Positions 1-14,769 of a stretch of 64,000 bases of DNA are shown here, in pieces (the stretch's first letter is position 1; every line of letters starts with the position of its first letter). The notes below the pieces were generated by a model, which worked only from the letters and a program-made list of their open reading frames with translations, searched no databases and was not told the origin of the DNA. Source of the DNA: Phoronis australis (Eukaryota; Animalia; Phoronida); contig NMRA01000662.1 of NCBI GenBank assembly GCA_002633005.1, forward strand, positions 71,375-135,374, read 5' to 3'. The position numbers were made by a program, and so were the translations under genes.

Positions 1-2388
1 TGTACCATTGTTGTAACTTTGGTTGTTAACGATAAGAAGTTGAAAGTCAGTACAGCGATCATCCCTAAGTGAATAAACCCAGTATTTGCTGTTCCTGTTA
101 TTACATACAACCCACGTGTGAAAGAAGCAGAAGCCAACAGATACACAAAAAGTTGCAGACATTCTAATAATGCCCCCCCCCCCCATAATAAGAAAGAAAC
201 ATAGTGGCCAACTCTCTGTACGATGCATTCTGTACTTTGCAGCTAAATTCAACAACAAGTAATTGTGGGTTAGTACATCATGACTTCTTAAGGCCCACGT
301 CGCTAAGAGTGGACACTTTGTCGCTAAGTGAGGAAACTCCATCCAGATGCAGGCTCAATGCTTAACTGTTGAGCAGCAAGCATTGCTGTGACTTCCTACA
401 ACTAGGCGTTGCAGACAAATCGGTAAGTGTGGACAGAGCATAACAGACTGTTGTTTCCCTTTTATCTCAACTCGTACAATCTGCAGTTATACAGACTAGT
501 CAAGCTCCACTCTGTTATCAAATGAAGTGCCACTTAACTTTACCAAAAGCAAATAAAGCTACACCAGACAGTTTACCCATACTGCATCACTTAACAGTGT
601 AAATTACAACTGCGTCTGCAGTTAGAATGCTAAGTCAGATAGAAAGTAAAACTGTCCTTGCCAATTTCCATCGTTTGAAAATAAAATAAGTTTCACCAGA
701 GTAAGTAATATTACTCTCTATCGCTAGCATACAACCAGAAACAACTAGCACTCTATAAACAAAAAAAAATCGCCATTGAGGCTAGTGTGATCACCTGTTT
801 TGCTTGTAATTCATGGCAATAACCACATTGCCTAGGGTGGTCATGCGATTTTTACTATTTCTTTTCATCAACGGAATGCAGGCATGATGTCACGCAAAAC
901 AATGGTAGTAATGTAAACAAGAACACATTGAACGAGAAAATTAGAAAACCATGGGCCTGCTTTCAGTTTTGGTAATGCAGCTCAAATAATGGTGATGGTA
1001 ACTGGCGTATTTTTGCATACAGAAATATATGGCAGTGAGTGAACCACTAACCACTTATTAGGGCAGAGAAAATTTGCAAATTTGACACGGAATTTTGTAG
1101 AGGCCAATAAAATAGATATCTTTCTGTCTAAGAATAGAATGTCGTCATCAATTACCTCAAGAACAACATATTAAAATTCACACAAAAAATCATAAAACAA
1201 GTGAAAAGCACTTGTTGATTATGTTGCGAACATGAACCAATTTGAAACATACGTAGATATCAATGGTTTACAGACCTGTAAGACATCTACCCGCATCTTA
1301 TATTCAGAAAATATGGAAATTTCCTGTCATTACACCAGGATATTGCAGGTGACAAAAAATCTTAAGGTGACATGGGACCTTATTGACACGTCTGTGTATT
1401 TTTCAAAATATCTAACTCCATAAAAGTACATATTTTCTGAAAAACTCCATAAAAGTACATATTTTCTGAAAGAAGAAAGCCTGTAGAAACTGATTGTTGA
1501 ATTTTAATAAATCGGCCATTAATTGAGTAACGTGACCATGTCTTCTAAGTAAAATTTAGCAAAAAATAGAAAAAGAACATTTAAGCAACACAACAATATC
1601 AATTACATGTACAAATTCCATTTGATATAAATGTTCGAAAACACCAATACTACAACTTTCTACAGTATCATTATGTTTTCAATTTACGAAAGTTTCGATA
1701 TTTTCATGTCACTTATAAAAGCGGAACGTTTTAAAACAATTCTCAACAGCATTTTAGAGCAAAGCACATAAGGAATATTACCTGAAATTTTCACATGAAT
1801 CAAATCGGCAATTTCTAATACATGAAGTTTTGACATTTCCTAGAACCCTCCATAATCTTATCACAATATAACTATCAGATGAAAGCTGTACTGGCCACTG
1901 TCTCATTTAAATAACCTCAGACTAAAATTGTCTACGCAGAATAAATGTTGTGAGTTATTGGTCTGCACTAAGCTGTTGACAAAATTTCTCATGAGTGACA
2001 TTCAGTCGCTTTCAACAGTAATGATGCCCTGGCAAGTAGATTGATGGGTACCAATCAATTCTGGTAGATTTTTGGATGTGACTGTCACAATAAGTCACTC
2101 ATTCGACACGACACGACACGTGCACTGCTGGTTGCAGTTGTAATGATAGACTTAATGCCTTTGTTGTTGACAACCTCCAGCACACCTCCAGCAGGTGCAA
2201 GACTCTAACATACCCTTCCAATTCCATTTTTGTAAAAACTTTGTACAACAAATTGCAAATCAGCTAATCAAAATTTACATTGACCCGTGACAGTATTTTT
2301 TTTAAACACTTGTAATTTCTGACCCAATAAGAACAAGGTTCAACGGTTTTGACATGAACATCCCTGCCAGAATATCTCCCAGTCTTAC

Positions 2389-2469
2389 CCTGGCAACTTG
2401 CTCCACAGCCTGGAGTCGTCCATCCAACTCTCGCCGCACTTGGGATGCCTGTTCATCTGCGTTATCCAG
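2389..2469 (-). CDS. CADPS: CADPS coding exon 2 (81 nt)
   Basis: [27 protein letters not shown] continues CAPS directly after LYNACQ; ttcag acceptor and GTAAGA donor, phase 0-0; gene continues beyond the window's left edge. Confidence 0.95.
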
Positions 2470-2527
2470 CTGAAAGGAAACACAAGTATGCAATGATTAC
2501 AAAGGTTCATAAAGACACAGCAAAGCC

Positions 2528-2665
2528 CAACAGGGACCTCACTCAACCGTGGGGAAGCACTACCCGACAGGGACCTCATTCAACTGTGGGGAGGCACTAC
2601 CCAACAGGGACCTCACTCAACCATGGTGAAGCACTGCCCGACATGGACCTCACCCAACCGTGGTG
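2528..2665. repeat. ~38-bp minisatellite, ~3.5 copies
   Basis: ACAGGGACCTCACTCAACCGTGGGGAAGCACTACCCG variants. Confidence 0.85.
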
Positions 2666-5486
2666 ACAGGTGATTGTGCCTTCTAGGAATGGGGCTTACA
2701 TTCAGCTACAAAATCAAGGGCCTCGCCCAGTGAATGTGTACTTGTGACATACACAACTATTTCTGAAAATAATTAAGTCTCACTTGTGCAAAAGTCCAAT
2801 GTCTTTGAAAATACACACATAACTGCTCATTACTTAGATTTCAATAAATTAATTTACACTGTATAAAAATATGTGGGCACATAAAAACAAGATGAATATT
2901 GAAACAGGCCGTTACTTGAAGGCATTTCAAAGTCACGATTGTCCGCCAGAACACTGCGCACAAACAGCGGAACGACCAGTGCAGGAGTGTAATATTGTCG
3001 GGGATATTGTAATAGGATAATCAAGATATCGCACATGAAAAATAAGTTTTTCCATTACAAAGTCGGTAAGTTGATCGTTAAAGAATGAAACATCGTTGCG
3101 ACATTTTTCACATATTTATGCCGTGGTCCCAAATTTTCTTTGGCGTATCCAAAAATTTACAAATTTTAAAGTAGCTGAAAACACTAGCCAATGAAACGCG
3201 TCAAAGATCGGTTCTTCTTTATCCCATGTTCCCTCCCGTAACATGTTTACCGCTCAATGAAGAGGGATGTTCTCTGTTAGTGTTCATCTTGATGTGGCAA
3301 TAACCAAATAAAGGCTGGATTCGCACGACTTGCTTTGTTTGCCAGGTATCTACTTGCCGACAAAAACTGGGCTCGCCTACGTGGGAAATTCCTGATCGCA
3401 TGTTGAGACTTGATATGATGATCCAAATTTGTAGTCACAAATGTGACCTGAAGCTCGTTATGTCGAGCGCTGAGTCCCAGTTGATTACAACCCATACTGA
3501 CTTTTGAGTACTCGCAGTAAGTACGTGTTGCTGGTTAGAACTCATCACTAATTTAGTTGTATAGCAAACCGCGGGTGCCGATTACAATTTTCCATGTTAA
3601 ATTTGCCGACTAAAAGGTTTTGATGTTGAGCTGACTGTCTCGGCAAACTTGACATACACGAATAATTCCTAAAAATGGCTACAGTTTACGAAATACAACA
3701 ATCTAAATTTCAGAAAGAATAACGTTATTCGCCTGTTGGATTTATAGTAATCTGAACACAAAAGTTTAAAATTTGAACAGGAAAAATGATCCAGAAAGTT
3801 GAACAGAATGGAAAATGAGTTACAAACAATAGCAAAGTAAGACTGATATGCGACATTTTTGAAGGATGAGCAACTAGTATATTGACCGGAAAATAACTAA
3901 CAAAAAGGCCGCACATAATTAACAATGCCATTTTTGTGCTAGATGTCACAGCATCAATAATAAATGTGCGCATGGTACATTCTAAAGAATTGAAAAAGCC
4001 AGCTGCAACCTGCAGTAACACTATTGATTTTGTGATAAACTGTAACTGCCAAAGTATAATACTTAAAGCACTAGAAACTTGTACATACTCCGGAAGAGTG
4101 AATACAGCAAATCATAGTTTATGTCGGAAATAGCGCATGAAATTATGTGTTATCTTATTATACAGAAAGCAAGTTAGTGCCACACTGTGTAGTGCGAATC
4201 AATGTATGACACATATAACTAGCCCTCTTGTTCTAGCTTTAATAGTCATTAAGATTCCACAACTGTAACTAATCAATAAATCAATAAGCAGCTCTGTTTT
4301 ATTTGAAAAACTATTTGACCAAGCAATGACTCTGACCTTGGTCTTGCGCACAAGAATTGTCAATTTGGACGCAATGTGGCAAAAATCGCTCCATTTTGAT
4401 AACTTTTTGGTAAAAAATGAATGAGAAAGAGTAACATCATGGCCAACATGGATAGTACAGTATAGGGGTAGTTTGGGGAAATTCGGACAGCGCTACAATT
4501 CGGAGGAGCCTAAATAAATGTGAAATTTAATATCAACCAAGATGCCTTACAACTAAATGAAAAGATTATTCACTTCCTTGAACTACAGTAGCAACTTATT
4601 CATTACCACATTTGAATTACAACAAAGTTTCAACGCATATGAAGCATGTTCAGCTACTGACGTTGCTCTAGTGATTTTGAAAGTCTGCAGTAGGCACACT
4701 CTCATTTCCAAGTTATATTTAGGTCACTAGGTCACTTGGTCCCTTGACATGTCAATGAAGTTGAATTTACTTGACCCTTAATTGATCACTATTGATCACT
4801 ATTGCTGTTTTATGTGTTAATTGCAACAGAAAAAAACATACAAAAAAGCATGATTTAGTCAAAAAAAACGGGTGTCTGAATTTCCCCTCCAACATTTTGT
4901 ACGCTGCGGGGAAGTTTGGACACCATGCTTTTAGGCTACTAGACGCTTTTCTTGATGCTTTCTTGAGAGATTTTCATATTCACGGGATGACATTCTGTGT
5001 TAGAGGTCAATTCACAACTGAATTTGTCAACAATAGCAGTGTTTACCATGCGGGATGCACACAATTGTTATTGGCAGACATATTTTTACGTCGTTTATGT
5101 AGCCAGGACACGATGACTTCTCAAATTTTATTTTTCGTCCCATGATGACACTGCTAAATTATACCTAAATTCATATTTAGAAATCATAAAGTACTATATT
5201 TTGTTCGAGTTTTACCTATTCAGAATTTGCTGGTTCGAATTTCCCTGATACTCTATCCGACTTTCCCCACCTGCGTCTGAATTTTCCAAATTTTGACCAT
5301 TATTGTTATTCTTAAAATTCGAAGGCATTGAAACTGAACTAGTAACGAACAATCTCATTGGTTGATTTCTCAAAAGATTTGTGAATATCTCATGACTAGT
5401 CAAATGTTATTAGTTGACACATTAACCTCCAATAGCAGGTAAGCAAAGTTAAGCTAGGTGTCTAGGATGGAAATCCTAACAGCTGC

Positions 5487-6471
5487 NNNNNNNNNNNNNN
5501 NNNNNNNNNNNNNNNNNNNNNNNNNNNNNNNNNNNNNNNNNNNNNNNNNNNNNNNNNNNNNNNNNNNNNNNNNNNNNNNNNNNNNNNNNNNNNNNNNNNN
5601 NNNNNNNNNNNNNNNNNNNNNNNNNNNNNNNNNNNNNNNNNNNNNNNNNNNNNNNNNNNNNNNNNNNNNNNNNNNNNNNNNNNNNNNNNNNNNNNNNNNN
5701 NNNNNNNNNNNNNNNNNNNNNNNNNNNNNNNNNNNNNNNNNNNNNNNNNNNNNNNNNNNNNNNNNNNNNNNNNNNNNNNNNNNNNNNNNNNNNNNNNNNN
5801 NNNNNNNNNNNNNNNNNNNNNNNNNNNNNNNNNNNNNNNNNNNNNNNNNNNNNNNNNNNNNNNNNNNNNNNNNNNNNNNNNNNNNNNNNNNNNNNNNNNN
5901 NNNNNNNNNNNNNNNNNNNNNNNNNNNNNNNNNNNNNNNNNNNNNNNNNNNNNNNNNNNNNNNNNNNNNNNNNNNNNNNNNNNNNNNNNNNNNNNNNNNN
6001 NNNNNNNNNNNNNNNNNNNNNNNNNNNNNNNNNNNNNNNNNNNNNNNNNNNNNNNNNNNNNNNNNNNNNNNNNNNNNNNNNNNNNNNNNNNNNNNNNNNN
6101 NNNNNNNNNNNNNNNNNNNNNNNNNNNNNNNNNNNNNNNNNNNNNNNNNNNNNNNNNNNNNNNNNNNNNNNNNNNNNNNNNNNNNNNNNNNNNNNNNNNN
6201 NNNNNNNNNNNNNNNNNNNNNNNNNNNNNNNNNNNNNNNNNNNNNNNNNNNNNNNNNNNNNNNNNNNNNNNNNNNNNNNNNNNNNNNNNNNNNNNNNNNN
6301 NNNNNNNNNNNNNNNNNNNNNNNNNNNNNNNNNNNNNNNNNNNNNNNNNNNNNNNNNNNNNNNNNNNNNNNNNNNNNNNNNNNNNNNNNNNNNNNNNNNN
6401 NNNNNNNNNNNNNNNNNNNNNNNNNNNNNNNNNNNNNNNNNNNNNNNNNNNNNNNNNNNNNNNNNNNNNNN
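5487..6471. other. Assembly gap (N run)
   Basis: Run of N. Confidence 1.
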
Positions 6472-6630
6472 NGTGCTATCGTACACAGTGTGTCCCGCAG
6501 TGCTATCGTACACAGTGTGTCCCGCAGTGCTATCGTACACAGTGTGTCCCGCAGTGCTATCGTACACAGTGTGTCCCGCAGTGCTATCGTACACAGTGTG
6601 TCCCGCAGTGCTATCGTACACAGTGTGTCC
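6472..6630. repeat. 27-bp tandem repeat running into an assembly gap
   Basis: (GTGCTATCGTACACAGTGTGTCCCGCA) x ~6, perfect copies. Confidence 0.95.
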
Positions 6631-8122
6631 CAGAAACGAACTTACTTCAAATAATAATACATGCATTGTTTATTAAATTTGGAAGAAGATTATTTGCACT
6701 GGTGTAGCCAGAAGTATTAAAAGGGCCAAAAATGAAATTGACAACGACCAGAGGGAACTGAATTGAAACTAGCAGCACTGCATTGAAGTGTCCCGAGTCA
6801 CTTCACTACAAAAATGCACCTTGCGGTTTACAATTTACAAAAGACTTAACATACATTTTCTCAACATGTTAAGAGACCATAGCACAAAACAAAGAAAATA
6901 CAGTTTATCATCAGTCCAACACGTACCTGTAAAAGTTGCATAAATATATAGTAGCGCACTGAAGGTCAACTTGGCTATGAGTTTCGTTAACAATCGTTGT
7001 ACTCCTACCACCTGATAAGTTTTTCTACACTACAAATGTATAGAATGCGCCTCTGAAGGTTATATAAAGATGATTGGCCCAGCCAAGGTCACTAGGTATT
7101 GTGAGGCCACCATTCACAGGTCCATCTTATAAGGCACCCACCCCACTCATATGTCGGGCGCTCAACTTTTATAAGTCAGGGACTAGAGATAGGAGAAAAA
7201 CAAATTCTTGTGTCCTTTGCCAGCCACCGTAATGCCAACATTTGCACTGTTGGTTAGTCATAAGGAGGCCAATGTTGTAAAGAGTCTGTCCATTTTGTCT
7301 TCATCAATTCAGCATGTGTCCACCAGAATTTGAGATTGAATCAAGCTTTCACTCGGCTGCACAGCTGTGAGCTATGTTAATTATACACTTATTTTGTACA
7401 CAATATGGCCGACAAGAGAAAGTATATTTTGTGAAATTTGTCCGTAAAAGTCGAGATTAAGAACTGTTCAGTCTATGTCAAGCATGGTTTGCAGTGTATA
7501 GGTATCATAAACAACAACTGTTTCCACTACTTGAAAAAAGGTAATCAGTCTCTGAAAATGGAAAATAACCATTATGGAAATTAGTTTTGTGCAAAACACT
7601 GAGAGGAGAATTGCTATGTTACCATACTCATGTTCACATAATATGACAAACAAAATTTTCCGCTTTTTAAAATCGATAAGTATGGTAAAAATTCTCTAGA
7701 GTGAGACAGTCTCTAAAATCCGAGATGCCGAAATTCAAGCTGCAACAGCAGACTTTTCATACTCTCTGGATTAACGAGAACGTGAAAGTGACTTCCGCCT
7801 GATCCCAACTTAAATTTGATGGACAGATGTAACAACAAATGGGTGCTTTATCATCAGTATTTTCCATCAGATGGATATAATGCCTTGATAGGCTTTAAAA
7901 TGTAACAATTTTATGTCATTGTTACATTTTACTTTGCTAAGCCTCTCTTAAAATGTAGCAAGTTGTTACATCTTACATAACTGTTAAAATTTATGTGGAA
8001 TGTGCATGCCAGAAATGTACCATTGTTACATTTTACACAGAAAATAAATCTGAAACTAAATAAGGTGATCCAGATGCTCCCAAGGATACTATTGTTTCAC
8101 GAAATGTAGAATATAAATCGGT

Positions 8123-8405
8123 AAATAAAACAACAAGAATGGATCAACTGAAATTTTCGGATATAATAACGTCCTTTGTCAACAGAAACAGAAATAAAGT
8201 AAAATCAAACACTATATGACAATTACAATATAAATAGTTAAATAAAACAACAAGAATGGATCAACTGAAATTTTCGGATGTAATAACATCCTCTGTCAAC
8301 AGAAACAGAAATAAAGTGTTTGATTTTACTTTATTTCCGTTTCTGTTGACAAAGGACGTTATTACATCCGAAAATTTCAGTTGATCCATTCTTGTTGTTT
8401 TATTT
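8123..8405. repeat. ~80-bp unit present twice direct and once inverted (hairpin)
   Basis: AAATAAAACAACAAGAATGGATCAACTGAAATTTTCGGAT...AGAAATAAAGT at 8123 and 8239; reverse complement at ~8328-8405. Confidence 0.85.
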
Positions 8406-9914
8406 ACATTTTGCGAAACCAATGTCATATCATAAAGGAAGCAACCAAAATCACCAACAAGTGGTATCTGGCACCGCCGGGGTACTCGAGTATTTTTGGA
8501 CGAGAGGTGCAGCCGGAAAATTTACCCATTAAGAAAGTAGGCTTGCACAAAAAAGTTACCCATTTAGACAGTAATTTTGTGTAAAAATTCATATTTGCGC
8601 ACAGTTCTGTTCCAGAAATTCAGAAAAGGCACCCTTTTTGATAGTATTCTGGTGAAAATGCCACCACTTTGAAGTTTTTTTTACTGTAAAAAACACTCCT
8701 TTGGGCGACAGTTTTCATACATCTCTNATATGACAATTACAATATAAATAGTTAAATAAAACAACAAGAATGGATCAACTGAAATTTTCGGATGTAATAA
8801 CATCCTCTGTCAACAGAAACAGAAATAAAGTGTTTTTGATTTTACTTTATTTCCGTTTCTGTTGACAAAGGACGTTATTACATCCGAAAATTTCAGTTGA
8901 TCCATTCTTGTTTTATTTACATTTTGCGAAACCAATGCCATATCATAAAGGAAGCAACCAAAATCACGAACAAGTGGTATCTGGCACCGCCGGGGTACTC
9001 GAGTATTTTTGGACGAGAGGTGCAGCCGGAAAATTTACCCATTAAGAAAGTAGGCTTGCACAAAAAAGTTACCCATTTAGACAGTAATTTTGTGTAAAAA
9101 TTCATATTTTCGCACAGTTCTGTTCCAGAAATTCAGAAAAGGCACCCTTTTTGATAGTATTTTGGTGAAAATGCCACCACTTTGAAGTTTTTTTTACTGT
9201 AAAAAACACTCCTTTGGGCGACAGTTTTCATACATCTCTTCTATAGGAATACCATCCAAGCTGACACGGCAAGAATTATTTCTATTTAGTTTCTTCTTCT
9301 TATTATTATTATTATTGAATTTGTTTATTGAGGACACAGTACAATGTACACAATACTTGCTTAACAAAGTGTTAATATATCATGGTCCTCTAAGATTTTA
9401 AAATCGTCTCATTTATGGTTCACTGTTTTCACCACGTATCCAGCTTCCCATAATGAATAGCGAGTGCTGTTTCAAAAGGATTTTAAACATGTTCCTAGGT
9501 AGGTTCAACCTTAACGATATTGTGAGAAACGTCTTGACAGCTTTGGATGCAGAGTGGGCCTACTTTCGGAAACGAGGAGGTTGAGATTTAAAATCTTGTT
9601 TAGATGTGCGCCAACTTCAAAATTGATTATTTCTGAACTATCCACAAGCACGGCATTGTTTGTGATATAACTAATAGGACTAAAACTTGGTGATTTTTCT
9701 ATCAAAGTGAATTCTCCATGAAAAATTTTGTTGTGGTCGAATTTTCCCAAAGAAATATGATAAATATTAGCAAAAATGTGATGTCAGTGTTTCTGTTGTG
9801 CTTACCAAGGGCAATGTTTTTACTGCAATGCCAGATACACAATTGGTTTATGACCTGAGAGTTCTAACAAAATCCTGGATCCACCCTTGTCCAGGATCCG
9901 GTAACAAGTTTGGA

Positions 9915-10075
9915 CAAGGGTGGATCCAGGATTTTGAGTTGGGGGGAGGGGGGAAGAGCAGACAATTAGCCAGGATTTTGCCCCTAAGGCATTCGCACCC
10001 CTGAACTGCCAAATGGAATCTAGGATATTTTAGGGGGGCTATGGCCCCCTCGGCCCCCTTCTAAATCCGCCACTG
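9915..10075. mobile_element. Short MITE with CAGTGGCGGAT-type ends
   Basis: CAAGGGTGGATCCAGG...TAAATCCGCCACTG with G/C runs inside. Confidence 0.5.
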
Positions 10076-13000
10076 CTGGTAACTCCTTTCGTCTAGAGTT
10101 GGAACTGTACAGGGTACATTTTTTATTGCACCAAGAAACTATTCATGTTAAAAAACAAACATAGCAACACTTTAATAAATTCGAGCTGGCACATTTGACA
10201 GTATTTCATTCAAACAATCCAAGAAAGAAGCAGTTAAGTGTGTGAACAGGTTTCCTTCTGTAACAAATACCATGCAAACTCATGCAATATGATGTGGCAG
10301 TTGTATATGTGCATTGATGTAAATTGTAACAATTACATAAAAGGCCCAAGTACCTAAAATGCAACAATGTAAAATGTAGTGGTTATTACATTTTACCAAA
10401 CTTGATTCATTTTACAGCTGGATTTAAAATTGTTAAAAATTTACTGCAGCTAGAGAAATCATGCAGTTTGTCCTGCACTTTTGTCAACCAGTTTATTGTA
10501 AAACTTTTTTCAATTTATTCGCAGCTGTCTTGAAATGATCGACCAGCAGTTGCGTTACAGCCAAGCACTGAATCCCTCCTAAATCAAGCTAATTACAACA
10601 TCGATCTGACTTAAGTCCGAACATCCGGTGGAAGTCCACGAGGCATCCATAGGTGGATGCAAGCAATTTGTTTGTGCAGATTCACTTCAGAGACTGGCCA
10701 TGAAAAATTTTAGGTTTTCCATTTGGACAACAGTTGAGAAATTCAACTTGTTTGCGCTTAATTTTTGCTTGTCCTGAACAATCAGACAGTCGAGTCTTGT
10801 GGTTTGCCAGTAAATTTGATTTTGGAAAAATGAGTTCCAAAAGAAGATGAACGAATTATTAAGTAAAATCCAAACCAACTTTCACTGATCTCATAGTTTA
10901 AAAGGCTTGGTTTACAAGCACATCCACAAATCAATTTTTCCTCAAAACAGTTGCCATGGCAACCTTATCAGTACACACACATAAGGAGTCAACATTATTT
11001 ACAAGGCTATGCTCAAGGGATTTACTAAGAAGATAAACGGTTATTGTATGTCAACATGGTGAAATTCACCATGATCACAAAAGAGCATTTGCGTCAACTT
11101 TTGAAACTACATCTGACAAAAAATAGTTCCCAAAATGTTCTCTTTTCATTTTTAAAGTGACATTATAAGCAAGAAAAGAAGTGGTTTTCTGAGAGTAGTC
11201 CCAATGCAAAGTTGAACACATAAGCGTAGCGGTCTCAGTCCCAAAATTTTGCTGGCAAAGTTAAACCTCACTAGATAAATGACAGAGAATTTTTAAGCGC
11301 ACTTTACTAGTGCAGTCAACGACCTTACTTTTAGCAAAAAACTGGCGAGAATTTGAGATTTGTATTGTTATAAAATCACAAAAACAATGATTTTGTGTTT
11401 CAAAACTCTGGTTAAAGCTCATGACTTTAAGGATTCTATACCATCCAACAATAATTCCAAAAATACGTTTTTCAGTGTTCAAGTCGGTCATGTCCCTTTC
11501 AGAATGACTACCTTAACGCATAAATATTGGTCTAATGATAGTCTTAACCAAGACTCTATTTCTGTTACAAAGAATATCAAAGCAAGTAATTCCAAAAAAA
11601 TGTATCATAGTTCATAGGGATTGGCCAACCCTTAAATTACGAATTTGAAAATAATATGGCCAATGTACACATTGTCTTTGACTTTAGCAGCAGGCTCACT
11701 CCGCAACAATTCAATATCAAACTAGCACGGTAACAGTTTTAAAGGAGAGTGCCACAAAAAAAAATGTATTTTGTATCAATTTAGATTGAGTAGTTCCACT
11801 CGATAACAGCAAGTTCAGTTCTTTTACCTGACACAAGACGGCTGACAGAGGTGCTGAAATTGACCAATGGCCACTCAGGTTGTAATAGAGTCTGCTCAGC
11901 AGTTCACAACAAGCTTACTGGTGTCAGCTTATCACTTGAATTCATCGTTTTACACCAATAAATAATCAAAATTCAATGCAAAACCCTTACAAATACATTG
12001 AGTTTTTAAACAAATGAGTTGTTGTATTTCGCTGTTACGGATTTATAAAAATTTTCAACACACCATAGCCTATAAAGTTCAGTAGACCAACTTACCGAGG
12101 TCGGTCATGGAAAGTTTGGAGATTGTTTGGTGATAAATTGGAATTGTTCTTCCATGAAATACAGACAGACAGACAGGAGAGGATAACCATGCGTTGTAAT
12201 TTTTAGTTGAGATTTTTTTCAGTTCTAAACACAAAACGCTCATTATAACGCAGTGGCTCGTTGGAACCCAATCAGGCCTGTCACGGCCAGACTGAAGATT
12301 TACGAACAGAAACCAGCCGGGTTTGTCGGCTAAGAAAGTTGAAAACTAAACTTCCAGTCACGAAAAGAAATAAGTGAATGTTTTGGTGAATTCGCTGCAA
12401 AATTGCTAATCTACACACTCGTCGGGGGCTGCGCCAAGCCAGGTTCCCCTTCCACAAAACCATACAGGGAAATCTAGGTGTACAACAACAATTTGAATAA
12501 CGCATATATATCTATATAAAGATCATACCATATAAATCGAGTTATTGTTTTACAACATCTTTCTGTCAGCAAACACTGAATTAGCATGCGCTCAGCCCAC
12601 AAGGCAGTCAATTTGCATCTGAATCCAATAACGCAGTATGATTTGTTCAGTGTTGATTTCTCAAAACATTTGCACTCATGAAAACAGACTAAGGCATTAC
12701 AAATTGCATCTACTGAGACAGACTTTGGCAATTTGTTTTAGTTTTATATAAACATTGGTTAGGGTGAGAATAATTCATTTTGAAACACGACAATTCATAC
12801 TTGGTATTAAAGGCATACTTTTCGTTCGTTATTGCTAGGAATCACTTCCGAAGCATTTCGGGTTCTCGAGGAGATCGAAAAAGCTATCTTTCCTCACAGT
12901 TTCATGGTTCAAACAAGCGGGAACAATACGCCACACCGCGACGGCACACACTCAGCTAAAAAACCACTGATGTCGCTGCGTCATGTACTCAACTTCCTTA

Positions 13001-14769
13001 CAGGACACCTTTCATGGATATAGACCGATTAAGACAGTGACAAAAACTAAAACTAATTAAATCGGGTGGCATCCTCCTTTAAGCCCAAAGAGCTTCAGTC
13101 AAGAATTCGATATTGACAGTTAAACAGCAGGGAAATACTCCTTTAATTTGCAGAATCAAAGTAAATAATTTCATAAACTTTAAACTATTTCCAACAAAAA
13201 AGCAACTAAGTGACATTACAAAGCAAGATATATACATTTAAACCAGAATCACCACACCATTAATTGTAAACCTTTTCAAAATTCAAGTGTTCGGAGCTCA
13301 AAAATTTTACAACAATCATTTTCAATCTGGGCAGAATTTCAGACCATGTGGCTATGAACGTGACAAAGATAGGACATAATCGGCAGCTATGTTAGTCCGT
13401 ATGGAAGATCGTTGTAAAGAAACACCTGTGGCAATTGCCTCATAGTGAACACTAAACAATCGAGTTAGGTGCACAAAGGTGCACAAATACCAGATTTGCA
13501 AATCAAATTGTCCAGTTGGTAGCTTTTTCAAGTTGGAAGTCAAATTATTCTCTCAGGAAAATCAAGTCAACAATAAAAGATTTTTTAGGTAAAAAAATTC
13601 CGAATGACAGCCTTAAACACAAGGATAATTAAAAGATCAATAGCTTCAGCTTTCACAAAATTCCAGCAAAGAAAATTTTATAAAATTGCAGCCGTTCTCA
13701 GCTGAAATTTTGCTTAAATTATTAACAATTAGTTTGATGTCAACAAATTTCAACTCTGTTTTACAATTTATCAATTTATAAAGAGCAGAACATGTACTTT
13801 TTTCCTAAATAAAAAGAACGCAAAATTGATGCCTTATCTCCATTATTCTGTGGGAATTGAGTTACAGATTGTACTGAATTGTGCGTAATTATTTGTTAAG
13901 TGGAGAAATGGAAAAGGTATGCGTAATTCAACGGGAATTGAGAGCAGCGCGATGTTTTTTTCTATTGATCGACGATTTCAATGGCAGTTTTGCCAATCTC
14001 AGCTTTTATTTGGCGACCTGGTGACAAACTTTAAGCATCAAGCACTGCTTACTGTCAGCTTAACAGAATATCATGAATAAAAATACAATTTCAAATGAAG
14101 AAATATTTTACATCAAGGCAAAAACAATCTTGAAATTTACCTCAAAGAGAAATCGCTCGAGACAACTTGTGTATGATCGGTTTGCAATAATGCGACATTT
14201 CTTCAGTGTTAACTATATCAAAAATCTATATAACGCTATTGCCAATGACTGTCAGTTGTCACGTAACAAGAAAAACTAACAAAGTGGGTATTCTACATTT
14301 CAAAATCTATAACGCAAACTGAGAAAATTTGAAAGATGACACACCCGTAATCACAGCTTTTGAAATTGAATGTACTTCATCGGTGTCAACTCATAATAAC
14401 CCTCCTATAAGTGTTTCTCAAAAAAAAANAATATTCTGTGACCTGGCATTTATGAATGCGAGTTGGATTTTGAAAATGCGAGCTGGCGATTTTCATAGCG
14501 TTGAGCCCTGCTAAGTACTGTGGACCGTGACCATTGTCTCTAATTACCCTACAGACGGTGTATTTCCTATAGGAGCTTCTTCATATGATGGGAGATTTTC
14601 GGCAAATTATGCTTCAACCTGACTGTCACATTGTTATAAATACCTTTTGGGCATAGAGGGACACCTTAGGAGGCCGCCGATCTCTTTATTTCTTTCCAAC
14701 TCCAACAAATACTCCTCAAACTTATTCTTCGAGAAGTCCCTCGTTCAGTTCCCAAAAACGCTAACTGGC

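Noticed and set aside
6472-6630. CRISPR-like appearance of short repeats here and at 37.2, 39.3, 55.4 and 58.0 kb
   Set aside because: Head-to-tail with no unique spacers, no cas genes, eukaryotic intron context; these are minisatellites
5458-6666. 398-aa and 396-aa ORFs in the ORF track
   Set aside because: They run through an N gap plus a 27-bp tandem repeat
8214-9239. ~513-bp tandem duplication giving twin 66-67 aa ORFs
   Set aside because: Copies are split by a single N (8727) and differ by a few SNPs/indels, consistent with haplotype overlap; non-coding
11738-13146. Possible TTAA-flanked element (TTAAAGGAG...CTCCTTTAA)
   Set aside because: Terminal match only ~9 bp with competing ends; boundaries not supportable
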